This document shows, piece after piece, positions 28,103 through 44,014 of a stretch of 64,000 nucleotides of DNA. The stretch comes from Lytechinus pictus. Lineage: Eukaryota. The stretch lies in contig NC_087252.1 of NCBI RefSeq assembly GCF_037042905.1, positions 21,702,001-21,766,000 of the forward strand, written 5' to 3'. Position 1 is the stretch's first letter. Every line of letters starts with the position of its first letter. Under the pieces are notes generated by a model. The model was not told where the DNA came from, made no database searches, and saw nothing but the letters and a program-made list of their open reading frames with translations. Both the position numbers and the translations under genes were made by a program.

Positions 28103-30344
28103 TTACTTCTAAAGAACCCCAAAACAATTAGGTTATCATCTGAAAACATGTAGAAATGTAGATAGTTCTACTGTTATAAGCGGTCAAAATAGTGCAATTT
28201 GATTGGTCGAGATCACAATTGTCAAGCATTGCGAAACCGGCAGGGGCAAAACTCTAGCAGGTTCTTCAAAAAAGGAGGTGGGGCTCAGGGTATTCAGTCT
28301 ATTGCTACTATTCAAACGGATGCATATAAAATGATTCATTACAATGCGTCCTATATGCAGCCAATTTCTTTTAATAGGATGAACAATGACACACTGCAGC
28401 TTAAGGACAATGCAGTCAATTTTTAATGATAGGATGGATGACACCCATTCACCACATCACCACACCATCAATTAACGTCAAAAGGTTTTTGACCCATACT
28501 TCAAAGACTGGATGGGAATGACAGTAAAGAATTAACAAAATACCTTTCTTTTGTATGGAATCCCGTTTATGCCAAATGTATCCCCATGGAATTCAACTAT
28601 TTACACACAATTGCAAAGTGTTTTGTGAAAGGTATGCTGGTAAGTTATCGGATTAGCTGGGTATTGTATGAATTATCGTTGGGTGACTTTAATAGTTATT
28701 TTATGATGCATCTGAATTGATTAAGGGTGATCCACTCTGTAGCTGGTAGCAGGTCAATATATTTGGAGAAATAACTTTAAAATGTCAGTCGTTTAATGTT
28801 TCATAGGAATATTGATGATTATAATGATAATATTTACATTTGTATAGTGATAAATTATTTGTGTTTGTAACCGCCTTACATCATACATGTAATGAATGAA
28901 ATATGTGAATATTTATATATTAAGAATCTTAACCTAGTTTTAGAGAAATAATGTCAAAATTTGTGGTTTATCAAAGGACTCCTTAAAAGAGTATGAAGGA
29001 AATATCACATACCTTTACATTGACGCAATTTTGTTATACTGGTAAGGATGATTTTGTATGCAGACCTTGTGTGTGTTGCTTTGATAAATTATGTGATCTC
29101 ATTTACTTGTTTTGTTTATGGTAGCAGAAATCCCTGTTCTTTTTTAAAAATTGTCTTCCATGAGGTTCCATCTGTTTCTACTTTCCAATATTTGAATAAT
29201 TCATAACTTCCATTCTCCCCTGTCTTTCTTCTTTCTTTACCAAACTTCTTTTTTTTTCTCTCTTGTAGCTCTGTATCTCTTATATTTTGTTCTCTCTAGA
29301 TGGCATATATTTCTTTGTCCTTTCTATTCTTCCATCTTGCTGTTTCTCTTAGTTTCTAAGTGTCGTTTTCCTTTTCTGAATTATTTTATATCCATCCATT
29401 TTCTCATCTTCTCTATTAATTGTTCTCCTTTTTCCTTAAAGTTGAATTAAGAAGGGGGTGAGTTTCCATAAATATAGGTTCTACACACAATATATAGTAT
29501 ATATAAGTTGTTCAAACAGATAGCATGTCACAAAAATCCTCTGCCTTCTCGATATTTTGCTTTGAAAGTCTATGAAATTAGCCACCTGTCAGAGCCCGAG
29601 AGACGAGTGTACAAAAAAGCCACTCGGAGTGTGACGTCACCGGGGGGAATTTAGTATAAGAGGTGCCTGAATGTCATACAGAAATGCTATGCAGAGAGAG
29701 AAAGATATTTTACAATTTTTTTTCAAAGCAACTCAAATCAAACAAATAGGACTGATATGTACAAATCTTTACTTTCCCTGTATAAAAAACAGTATGAATA
29801 ACCATCATGAACTCTTCAATCATGATGTAAGATAGCAAACAGTGAGTTATTGAATGATATTTTCACTATTTCTCATTTATTTTATCACGATGTTCAATCA
29901 AGTGAATAGCTGGAAAGTAATTCCGGCGGCTAGCTCAGCTCTCGCTCAGCGCGCGCTGAACGCATAATACTAGTAGACACAACACCCAGGCATTGAGTGT
30001 ACTGTTATGGCCTGGTACGTCGACTTAGTTCATGGCCGTGCAGCGATCCCCTGGCGTTTTTTCTTCTTTTCTTTTGTCTTTGACTCCACTTTTATATCCT
30101 CTGGATCATTTCCACTCATAGCTCATTCCACAGAACAATCTTGAACCAAACGTATTATTCTTTCTCGGCCTTCTGAGTTGTTTTCTATATTTAATTACGC
30201 TAGGGGTCACCGTCACAAATACAAACGCAATTCGCAAGTGAGTTGAAGACAGAGGGATATTATAGTAATTAGTATACATATCTATGGTTGAAGACAACAA
30301 GAAAGGTATGCGGTACGGTAGCTCGACAGCTAGCTGCGCCGGAG

Positions 30345-32573
<2,229 letters not shown>

Positions 32574-33706
32574 GCGCCGGAGCGGGCGGCCGGTCGGCAC
32601 AAAGCAATTCCGCAACCAACTGTGTTTTTTTGCAAGAGCCGCGTCACACGCGGATAAATATGTCATAATAACACGTCTGCTACGTTATCGACTGGTGAGA
32701 AGATCTCGATCAAATTTCATATTATTCACCTTGAAATTATTCCTTTAGGGTCTATGGTATCATTCTGAGGGAATTTACATATTTGGAATAATAGTACGGC
32801 CACAAATATTTTAATCATTTCCTCTTTGCAAGTTCTATGGCTCGCAGATACAACTTCAACTGCAGTTATTCCATATGAAGGCGTACGTGCATAGTACACA
32901 AAGCGGCACTGCCTTGTTTACTACACCGAGACCATATACCCCCCGGTGACGTCACACTCAAAGAACACCCGTCTCGGTAGGCATTGCAGGAGCGAACTCA
33001 GGGAAAATGGGTAGGGATAAATCGTTCAAATTCACTATTTTGAAAAAAGAAAATGGGGGGTCGAATCACCTCTTAGTGTTTGGGGGGTTGTAAGGTTGCT
33101 ATTAATGTAAATATCTCAATATTTGGAATCGTCTTCTTAATTCAACTTTAACTCCTTTCCCTCTTTTCATCTCCCCCCCCCCCCTCTTTCATAAGCCATC
33201 CTACCAGCCTTCTTTATTTGTTTTCCTCACTCAAAGTGCAACTGCTCCCTTTCTCTCCCTCTCCCTCCAAAGAGAAACGAGCCGCAAACCGATATTTTTC
33301 TTTCTTTTCAGCAGTGTATCTGAGCTGGAAGAAATGTACAAATCTTCATTCTCAGCCCGCGCCGCAGTGATTCTTTCCCAACATTCTCCTCGGCCAGCCA
33401 TCGCCGCTGCGCCTTTCGGCTTCCCTTTTGCTCGAGTCCATCCCCCGCATACCACCGATGGTTGCGCCCCTAATTCCCTTACAATAGGAATCACCCGGAG
33501 GCAGTGTAAACTGACTAATGGTATAGTGTTAGAGGAATCCTAATAGAATTTGTTACTTGGGTGTGTTCACTTTTGCTACCAGTCAGCGTTTCATAACGTA
33601 AAATGGTTCCTAGTTTAATCACCATTGGATATTTCCTGGGGCATTTTAAACTGTCTAATGAATGATATAGGCTTACTGATAGATAAATCTCATTGTAATA
33701 TATCCA

Positions 33707-33827
33707 GGGAGTATTTCTTGTCAGTAATTTTCACTGACAAATTTCATTTTAGCCAATCAGATGCAAGGATTTCAGTAGCTTATAACAAATAATTAAGCTG
33801 CTGACTATTTGTTTATGAAATGCTCCC
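33707..33827. mobile_element. Short MITE-like dispersed repeat (second copy near 60391-60513)
   Basis: TIR GGGAGTATTTC / GAAATGCTCCC. The core AGCCAATCA.ATGCAAG..TTTCAGTAGCTTATAACA is shared with 60447-60484. Confidence 0.6.
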
Positions 33828-35399
33828 GAGTGATGTTCTCATTCACCAATAGACAACGTTTCTGGATGATAGTGATGAAACATGTTTTTAAAACCTTGCT
33901 TGAAACCTTATATTCTGAGTTTTGTCAGTATTGTCTGATATATGTCTGGTTTAATTGTATCTTCCGCCTATTAGCATTTCAGACATGTCGTGTAATTTAT
34001 CTTCAAAGAGTGAATATCGTCATTCTGTGACAGTGACAAATGGTAAATATGGGTTAAAGGATGACAAATTTTTGTTTTGAAGCTAGATTGTCAGTAATTG
34101 TATTCCCCATGTTCCAAATGATGAAGATTAAGATCATGATTTCTATTCATGTGAGAAAGAAAAAAAAAGGACTTTCACCCAGTATGTACATGTAGATATG
34201 TCATAAGTCTAAAAAATGTTAAAGCTGTATAATCTGAAGCTTGTTATTGGACATTAACTGTGGTAAAGGTGAAGGAAAAGTATGGTTAAATTAGTAATAG
34301 ATCAATACTTTTTTTTTTTTTTTTTTTTTTGGGGGGGGGGGGTCAATTTCAACTTATATTTAACAAGCCCCCTAAACCCAGCATCAATAAAACATTAAAA
34401 ATGTTAATAGCAAATACATTTAGAATATGAATTTGTAGAGAAAGGAAAAAAACACACACACAATAAACTTAAAATAGTTCATAAATAAAAGAAAACAAAT
34501 TTTGACATTAAAAATTGCAAGATTATATTTGACACTGAGATGGTTGGGAGGTACACTAAAAAATAAATGAATAATTTCAACCTGTATTTGAACCAACAAT
34601 TGTTCCTCTAATGTATGCATGTACAAAATGTAATTGACAGTTTCTCTGTAGAAATATGCAATTAACACTCCACTGTGGATGTGTATACTACTGACAGGTA
34701 CAAATTTCTGATGATGTTAATTACAGCCAGAAATTGTTAATTGAAATTTCAATATGTCAGTCATCTAGATCATTGGATGTGTAAGATACAAGAAAATTGT
34801 CTTGTAGCTAGTATTCCTTTGATTATTGATAGGGCCTTTACACAATATAAAAAACATACTTGTATAGGTATTATTATCTATGATTGCATTATTGATATTT
34901 ATCCACCACTAATTACAATAAAAATGATGACCAATTTATGGAATATTCTGCATGCATGTTCAAATAAGAAAGAAAATATTGTGTTGCCGATTTGTACTCT
35001 GTTCCTTAAAGTGATTTTCAATAAATGCAAACTTCAACGATAGCATTGTTTGTGGTTAAACTTATCCTTGTTGACAACACATTTGAAAACCGCTTTCGAT
35101 GAGGATACAATGTCATTTTTAATCTGTACGCATTCTCTCTGTCATTGGGACATTATTTTTGAAGGTCGAGGGTATCTCATGGCTATAATCTGGGCGGATG
35201 AAATAATAGTCCCTTGCTTTCTGAAGGAATATTAAAAAAGGATTTTACGGAATATACATCAAGGGTAATTCTAGATAACCTTTCGTAGAGAGAGACTGAA
35301 AATATATGTGTTTGTTTCCACCACAGAGCTTCAAATGAGTTGGTGGAGGAGTAGAGGAGAGAATTTGTTTCCGATTTTGCTAAGCGCTTGGGTAGAAAA

Positions 35400-38300
35400 A
35401 TAGCTATGATACACACCATCAATAGAGAGCATAATGCAGTAACGTGTCCACGCATGTACATAGCCAGTGTGTTTCAGCCTCTCTCTCTCTTTCACTTGCT
35501 CTGTGCTTGCTTCGTAGCTCAGCGCACACACCAATAAAACACTGCACTGTGAGTGGCTAACAGTGTTCGGTAAAGTCCGCCTCCTACTTCACTACCTGTC
35601 GCGCAGTCTATGATCGCAAACACTTATACACTCTTGTGGATTTAAAAGGTCTGGTGTTGAGACTATGTAGACTGCATGCACAGTGTGTGTAATGAAGACT
35701 TGTACTTATGCACTTAAATGCATCATGGCGTATTCTAATAGCAGATAGTGATATATGCTATGTTCAAGCCTATCTTGAATTTAGGTTAAGTGTGAAACTA
35801 GAGTCTGTGCCTCAAGACTAGCCTGCACTCTCTGCAGCAAATGAGAGGAGCTCTTCGCTCAAGCTCAACGAGGAAATCCTCTCCAATCCATTCATCTCTC
35901 CCCATTCTCTCTCTATCCCATATGCTCTCACTTTGTACTACATTGTAAACTTCACCAGCCAAGCAGAGCTATGGATCTGGATAAGCTGTTCTTTTATTAA
36001 CAGCTCTTGTTTAATTCCACTAAATGAGCTGCAGCCGAGACCCCATGGGCCAGTGAGGTAACTTGGGAGACATTCATGTACACATCCTCCAAACAACCAT
36101 CCAGACTGGTGTACATGGTTCAATCTTGGAGTGGATTTTCATGGATTAAATCCAGCATTGATTTAAAGTGACAGCTACTCATTGATAGGAGAAAGGAACA
36201 AACCCTCAAGAAAGTTTCTTTTTGATGAAGAGTCTGGAGAAGTTTTCTGTGAAGCCCTGCAAAGCTTGTGGAACATTCTTACTACCAAGCAGCAACAGAA
36301 AGGAGGATTTTCCACCGCTTCCACATCCGAGGAGGGGAGGACTTACAAGTTGGATGCAACCAAGCTTGTTTTTAGAGAGAAACCAAGAAAGTGTAAACGG
36401 ATTTAATGCTGTAATGGAGCAATAAAGTCAGTCGTGGAGTAAAATAAATTGGAATGAAACGTGGGCAACGCATTGTGGACGAAATCGGCAATAACGGCTA
36501 CTTGAGGAAGTTGAAAGCGATGTCAAAACATTTATCAGTAACCCAGTGATTATTCAATTAGCAAAGGTGCTACAGGCTTCCATTGGCTAATCTTTATCTA
36601 TGTTCACTAAGAAGAGAAATTGGACATATTTTGTGGAGGACTAAAGCTTTTTGGTCGGAGTTGTACATGATAACCTGGAATGCATTTTCACTGAAGCATC
36701 AGTGAGATATATGTTTCTATAAATCAAACCCGAGTTATTTTTATTGCCAACTGATTTTTCAACCCTGTCTCCAGGATAGCTTTAAACCAGAATTCTCTTT
36801 GCAGAAGTCTATTCTGGAGTTGAAGTTTTCTGTGTGGTGAACGTAGAAGAAGAAGCGCAGAAATACAGATTGACTCTGTTAGAATGTTAATGAGGGAACG
36901 ATTTGGAGAGGCAAATCGGTAACGACTGCTTGAACCAACAGTCGCCTGGGCTTAACGGTGATATTTATCTCTGTGTCAAGTGGGATCCGAGCCGCTCGTC
37001 AAACAACGTTGGGACTCCTTCGGAAGGACATTAACCCTCCAAACCTCGAATGTCACATGACCTGAATACTCAGGATAGGAGCTGCATCGGGATCGAGCAT
37101 CGCAGTTGAGCCTAAGCGTCGCAAATCCCTGGATTTTTAAAGGATATTTTCTGTTATTTTGAGACTTTGGACGCTGACAGTACCGGCAGCCCGTGTCTCA
37201 ATTACCGCATCGTCAAGAGGGACTCTGCTTTTGGTCGTCTGGTCACCGGGACGAATTGGAATATAGTTTCCCAGGTTGTTCTGAAGCTGATTATTTTCAA
37301 GGAGATCAGAGATCATTGGATGGGATATCACAGCAATGCTTCATCAACCGTTGCCCTAAAAATGGCATGACAGAATCAATATCATGCATCATTTTTCTCC
37401 ATCCACCCCCAAATTGCTGTCAAAAAGTACTTGACGGTGCTCTTCACGACCCGCGGCGTATCAGTTACTGGCATATTTGCGCTGTGTATGCATACAAGAT
37501 TATACTGTCAAATGATGTCGGTATGATATGAGCTGGGCAAACCGGATATACGCGAAATTGGGTTTTCGGAGGAGTGTGGAGGAACTTGCCCGGGATTTGG
37601 TTTCTGTTTATGAGGAGTTGTTTGAAAGCCGGTTCCGCTGCGACACGGGGTTCCTTGGGTTGAAAAGTGGGGAATCGAAGACAGCAGCTGATTACCATAA
37701 CAGTAGCAAGTAGGGGTCTCCGGGGAGACTGTTGCAGAAGTCACTACTAGTGGCAAGAGTGCAACGATCGTCTTCCTCTCTGGAGATTCCAATCTCCTTA
37801 ACCCCCTGCCACCCAAGCACCTTAGCATCTGTGAGGGATACCAAACTCATTGGGCTTAGTCGGCACGTTCCTTCCCCTCACCTTCCGAATCGGGCATCAC
37901 TCATCGCCCTCATAACCTTACAGGTATACATTTACCAACACAAGGACCCCCGACTTGGCTCTATTGTGAACCCTCGTCCTGGCGGCGCTCCAGAACGTTT
38001 CGGCCAATTGACTTGCCCCTGTCTGTCGGTACGCCGCTACGATTGCAACTCCAGATGATTGGTGGTAACCGAATCTAGGTTCTGGTGCCCCGCTCTCTTG
38101 CCGAAGAATCGTGTCTCAAGGAAAATTAGGAGCTTGAAGTAAAACCTTGTTGGGACAACTTGTGACGGCATCTCTGCAAAATTGTGAGGATTGTTAAAGG
38201 AATTCATACCTCATCAACCAGTGAATGTTTGATAGTGGACGACAGAAAATATATATTTTTTTCAAAGACCAAACCTCTTTGATGATGCATTGCTAAGCGA

Positions 38301-38477
38301 GAATGCGAGGAAGCATTTCTTGGTAGTCGATGCTAAGAATCTAGTGGATAAACACACACTCGCATTCTGCAGCTCGAGTTCCCCGCCACATCTTAAGGAT
38401 GATCAACTCTTCTATTTGATTTGTTGGAGAAAGAAATGTACTTATCAAGAGAGGAGAATATAAACACATAATTCATC
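35400..38477 (+). promoter_or_regulatory. Candidate promoter and long 5' leader of a host gene
   Basis: About 3 kb with no recognisable TEs, visibly richer in GC and CpG than the flanks, with no long ORF, lying directly upstream of the candidate first coding exon. The TSS cannot be located from sequence. Confidence 0.35.
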
Positions 38478-38589
38478 ATGTTTGTGGAAAACTTTTCGTA
38501 TGGATATAACTCACTCTCAAAAGCCATGGCTTCCAAAAGGAAATCAAATTCTTACTGGATATATAACTGCCTTTTTATGATATTATTAG
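38478..38589 (+). CDS. Candidate first coding exon (signal peptide) of an unidentified secreted or membrane protein
   Basis: ATG at 38478 has an in-frame TAA 9 nt upstream. A second in-frame ATG at 38526 is in GCCATGG context. It translates MFVENFSYGYNSLSKAMASKRKSNSYWIYNCLFMILL(G), a basic segment followed by a hydrophobic one. It ends in a consensus donor TAG|GTGAGT in phase 1, followed by AT-rich intron-like DNA. Confidence 0.55.
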
Positions 38590-40233
38590 GTGAGTACAAA
38601 TGATAATATATTAATATATCTACACTGTTGAATTATAGAGCTTGATATAGGCCTAGTATAAATATATTTTAGTCTCATTACCAATCGTGCTGTTGTCAAC
38701 TGCATTCTCATTTATAATACAGCTGAATGAAATAAATCGTCATTCATAGCTTGCCGATGATATTTGAGGTGAATGCCAAATGGTGCTGACGTTCCTGGTA
38801 TATTGCGCTACACCACAAATTGAAAATATGGCAATATATTACCTTCAATCTTATTTTCCAATTATGACCAAGTACAATATGAATTTAATCTACAAAAAAG
38901 TGATTTTTAGCAGTTAGGCATATACTGAAGAATAATTTTAATAGATTTGGAAAAAAATACTGGGCAAGTTCATTAACACTTTTTATGTCTCATAGCATTC
39001 AGTTATAGCAGGTAATAACTAATATAGATTATTATACCATGTTATAATGTGTCCTAGCATTTCAGTTGTAGCGTGTGATGTTACTTATTATACCATGATA
39101 TAATAATGTCTCCTGATCATTGGATAGTTTTGTTATTTCTCCCTTTTCTAAGCGGGTGGAGCTGTTTACACCTTTTCAGAGAGTGTGCAGGTGAAATCAA
39201 CGTTGCTTTTTGTCGTTCCTGCTGCGACATATTTTCAAAACAGCGAATAAAAATCGGGCGGAAAATCAATGCCGTTTCCAAGAGACGTGACGCATATTTT
39301 GCTCAAATTATTTTCCCATTTGCAAGGCAAGATGTTGATTTGTATCAAAACTTGTGTGCTAATCATTGCATTAGTATTAAGACATTTGAAAAAAATGAAA
39401 ATCAAGACAATTCTTACTAATACTTATGACAAAATTATTGTATTTTTGCCATGAGCAAGTGAATAGATAATTAGGCAATTAGGCCTAATTAACAAATTTA
39501 GCACTCCACCAAAAAAAAAAGAAATCATTGCGTACATGCAAGAAAGCTTTTGTAAAAAAGTGAAACTGCAAAGGTCAACAAGTGAACAAAAAATAATTCC
39601 AATAGCCTAGAATACAAATGAAAGAGGATTGATGAACTACAAATAAAGTGAAGAAAAATATTACTATCAGACTTAAAGAGAATTGTTAAAAGCCGATTCT
39701 GTATAATCTTTGCTTGCGGCAATCCATGGTATTGATTTATAGATTTGTTTGTGAAATCCTTCTCCTCCCTAAGCAATAGAATAGGGATTAGCTTTTCTGG
39801 TAATGTTTTTTTTTTCTCATTTTTTGTTGTTGGCTGGAGAGTTGTATGTATACATGTGAATGTGTGGGACCAAGATGGAATTAGTTTGGTAGATATTCAT
39901 TTCATTTATTAGCTTTTCGCTGACTATACTTTATTGCCAGCCTTCTAAATCAATCAGGATTTGATTATTAATAGTAAATTGATATGCAGAGAAATGTAAT
40001 GGGTAAACCAGAATGCAAGGTTAGCTGGCCTTGTGAATTTCGCCATCGGCACCAGCTACGTTTTCATATCTTTCTCTTTCTCCCCCTCTCTCCTTCTCTC
40101 GCTTGCTACCAGGTTATCTCTTTTAATTATAATTTCTTTGTTTTTGTCCTTCAGTCTAATTTCTTTTTTTTTCTATTTGTCTGTCTTCCCTGTTTTCCTT
40201 CGATCAGTTACCCCCTTACTTACTCTTACTCAC

Positions 40234-40458
40234 TTTTTCCATGAGGGCTCGCATGCCTCTGGGCAATAGTACTGAATTTTACTTTTGCGAGCCCTGGCCC
40301 ATGGAAAAAACGTTTTCTTACTCTTTTCTTCTTCTCTTTCATTTCTACCTTATCTATATTTAATTATTCAATTTCAAATTGTATTTATGTAATTACATTG
40401 TACAATTTTTGTATGTTTTTTATGGCCAAATAAATAATAATAAATAATAATAATAATA
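40234..40458 (+). mobile_element. Probable LINE 3' end: stem-loop, T-rich tract, AATAAA/(AAT)n tail
   Basis: TTTTTCCATG-AGGGCTCGCA (40234-40253) pairs with TGCGAGCCCT..CATGGAAAAA (40286-40309). The region ends in AAATAAATAATAATAAATAATAATAATAAT. Confidence 0.45.
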
Positions 40459-43398
40459 CAGTTAGGCAAATAGGCCCTTTCTGGCTCTACACTTTCTTTT
40501 TTTCATTCTGACCCCCCCCCCCTCTCTTTCTTGACTCTTTAATAGTTATGTTAATGTTATATTTTGATCTCTTTCTCTCTTTTCAAACTATTTTATTTTA
40601 TTGTTCTATTCTTCCTTCTATATCTCCTGATGTACCGACATCACTGAAAAGTCCCCCCCCCTCTGCTTTTATTATTATTTCATTGTGTGTATGGGGGGGG
40701 GGTCATTTCATTATTTTAATATACATTTTTATTTTATGCTATGGTTGAGCCTATATTTTTTTTTTTTTCAATCTCCAAGATCATGGCTCTCACTCACTTA
40801 TTTTTCACCCCGAATATGACACATGACAGATTGCTTCTTTCTCAATCAATTTTGAAATATATATTTGTCATTCCCAAATGGTGTGTCATCTGTTGTCTCT
40901 CTAACTTCTCCATCATAATGTTTGCATAGTGTCTCATACTTTAATGAGTTAACTGTCAATTAATCTTCCTCAAAGAACAATTCATATCAAGATCAAGCCT
41001 TCATCATTACGTTGCATGGAAACGGTAGCAAAATCTTAAGGTAGGAATACTTGACAGCTTGTGGAGAAAGCTCGCTTTGTCTCGTTAGGGCATGTACATG
41101 TAATCGAATTTTGAGGTAAAGAGTAAATATTTAGGTCTAATTTGAGGGTCTGCTTTAAAGTTGACCATCCTGTAATAAGTCTAGACGCAGTGCAGTCTGG
41201 GTGCTTTGTTTGAATAGGTTTGTAACAGATTGGACTGTTAAGATATTGGTGGGGGGGGGGGCAGATACATAGGCATATTTGATAGAGGCAGGGAGAAAAG
41301 GGAAGGGGGTATGGGGAGGAAGAAATAGAACAGGAATGGTTATTATGAATTTTTAAAAGAAATTTGAAAGTAGGCCCATGTTATTTGTAGTATTTATGTT
41401 TATTAGTCTAGTACACTGTATTTGCGTAAAATGGAAATTAGATTACTATGTAATTTGTGCATCAATGTTGTTATCACAATCTCTATTTTTGAAAACTGAA
41501 AATGTTTAAAGATTCTAGAGGCCTATCCAACCGGAGTAGACAAAAATAATTGTATGTTGGATGGCCCTACCATTGTGCGCAGACAACATTCCCAGTGTAA
41601 TAATATTATATCTAGCCCCACTGTATCTGCCACTGATATGCCAATACCTTTCCAACTGTAGGAAATACACTCAGAAGTAACTGAAAACGTTAGAAAATAG
41701 AAGAAGGGGGGGGGGGCACCAAGGGAGTGTCACTTGAAAAAATTTAGAGAACAAAAAAGAGGGGGTAGACTGCAGATAAGGGGGTGCTTCTTCCTCGAAA
41801 TAATAGGGAGAGGGTCAAGGAGAGAGGTAACAAGTGAATGAAATAGAATCTAGGATGAAAACAAAGGAAGGAAAACAAAAAGGAGGGAAAGAGGGAAGAA
41901 GTGGTCACAAAAATGGGGTCACAGAAAAAAAACTTGAGAACAAAATGAGGGGGGAAGACCATACTGCAGAGAGGGGCTGCCCCGCCCCCTCCCCTGAAAT
42001 ATTAATTAGGAAAGAGTCAAGGAAGGATATGAAATAAGCATATGAAATACAAGATATAGGCCTAAAGAAAGCAGAGACAGGGAAGCAAAATGAAGGAAAG
42101 ATCCAAGAATCGATTTCGAAAAAACCCTGGTATCAATGAAATGTGTTTGCATTGAGTGAACATGACCCAGACCAGGGCAGACTGGTATTTTAATAATGTG
42201 TACATTTCTTATTATCAAGGGGGTCAATTTACCTATCATCTGTTATGTCTGTATGTGGATACACTTCAAATTGTTAGCATTGTCAACAGTGTAGATTTCT
42301 AGCAGGTTACTCACAGCTCACAGTTGGTATTTTTAGACACATGCTTGATTGGGGCTTTTCTTGATTGCTTCAATATTTTGAAAAGAATTTGAAGCCCCCC
42401 CCCCCCTCCCTTGCACAATTTTCATCTTTCTTCTTCAGTTCATTTTGGGGGTTTGACATCATTTGCTATAAAAATTGATTATTTCCACACAATGTCCCCC
42501 CCCCCCCTTTCCTTATTTTCTCCATGGTGAACTCTTCATTTTTTTAAAGGAAAATTCAGAATTTGGAAAATGAATAAAGTTTTGGAAATATTGCATCATT
42601 CTTTCGAAAGATTAAAGTTTTCAGTGTAAGCCCCTACAGTAAAGATGCAAAATTAAAATTGATTTTTTGGTTTTGTGGTAATTGTGAGCCAGAGGTTTAT
42701 GAGGATTAGGCCAATACATGTAGGCCTATATTACAAGTGTGCTCTCAGTATTGTGTCTATATTTTTAAATTAATTTGAAAATTATGAATGCAGATCACTG
42801 TTCTTCATTGTTTTTTATTGATTATTTTATTGTAGCATACCATACGCCTACATGTAACAACTCGTAATAACTTGAAGCTAAACCAAAATGAAATATATGC
42901 AGCATATCTTCATATTCCATCATATTCAAAAGGTTGAAATTAAGGCACAATTCTTTTCCATGGAATGTACAGCTAACTGACCTTAGCACCGCAAATGTAA
43001 TTTTCAGAATAAAACTGATTTGACCTAGGGAGAGAGAAGTGCTAATATACAAATGTCCTCATAAAAACTTGCGCCTTCAAAGAAATTCTCCTTCTGCGTA
43101 ATTAACAATCACCAATAATAAATTTGCAGGGACATTTGCATACCGTTGCATACCACAGAATTAAGCATAATTTTCTTATGCTTTCAAGAGTTGTAGCATA
43201 TTAGCAAGGGCATTATGAATATTAGACTAATCAATTTATTGTTAGAAACAGTGATGAAGCTGTTACCAATATAAGGACAGCTATTTCTTGAGTTTTTTTG
43301 TCTGGGAGGGTATTTCCTATTGGCTGCTGTACAAATTTTATATTCGTAGCGGGATACACCCAACCCCACCCCCATCCCCCAATCAGCACCCATGAAAT

Positions 43399-43683
43399 TG
43401 TATTCTGAAGTCAGGTCTATCTCTCTGCTAAAATTTTACTTATAAGGAGCCAAAAATTCTGTATTGTGTATGTCTTATGTTTACTATTTTGTTTCCATAT
43501 GCTTTCATAATGAAGAAAAACACTTCAGTTATCATTCCCAGACAATTAGAAAAAATGTGGGTGTCATATGATATGAGTTAATAAATTGAATGTGTACTGT
43601 AAGACATTTGTGCTCCAATTGGCTATCCATAGTTAACCACAACTTTAAACCAAGGTTTGATTTAAAACCAAGTTCAGAATACA
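43399..43683. mobile_element. Degenerate MITE (possibly PIF/Harbinger-like)
   Basis: TGTATTCTGAAGTCAGGT at the left matches the reverse complement of ACCAAGTTCAGAATACA at the right. No TSD is recognisable. Confidence 0.45.
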
Positions 43684-43815
43684 GGCCAATATGTTTGGAA
43701 TATTGTTCTTTTTCACCAATAGATGTTAGTTTCATATATATATATTTGTTTAATTATGTATTTTCCATTATTTTCTGTGACTCCATAATTATTTTCAAAT
43801 TAGCTTCATATCATA

Positions 43816-44014
43816 CAGGGGTGTGAGAGTTCAGATTTTTATCTGATTTCAGATTTTTTTTTTATTTCAGCTTAATTTCAGCTTATTTTTGGCTTTCCTC
43901 TGTACAAAAAGTATGGGAGCTCTTTCTATTTCAGACTTTTTCAACACTTCAGCCTTTTTTCAGCACTCTTCAGCTTTTTTCAGATCTTTTTATTTGTGGC
44001 CACTCACACCCCTG
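43816..44014. mobile_element. hAT-like MITE with a 6-bp target duplication (199 bp)
   Basis: Perfect 12-bp TIR CAGGGGTGTGAG. ATCATA flanks both ends directly (43810-43815 and 44015-44020). There are multiple internal TTCAG(A/C)TTTT motifs. Confidence 0.8.

Noticed and set aside
29900..30344. Possible transposase or THAP remnant inside the Kolobok-like element
   Set aside because: No C2CH or DDE motif is recognisable in the available translations.
35938..38058. Cluster of 60-112-aa ORFs on both strands
   Set aside because: Overlapping, with no recognisable motifs, and expected by chance in GC-richer sequence.
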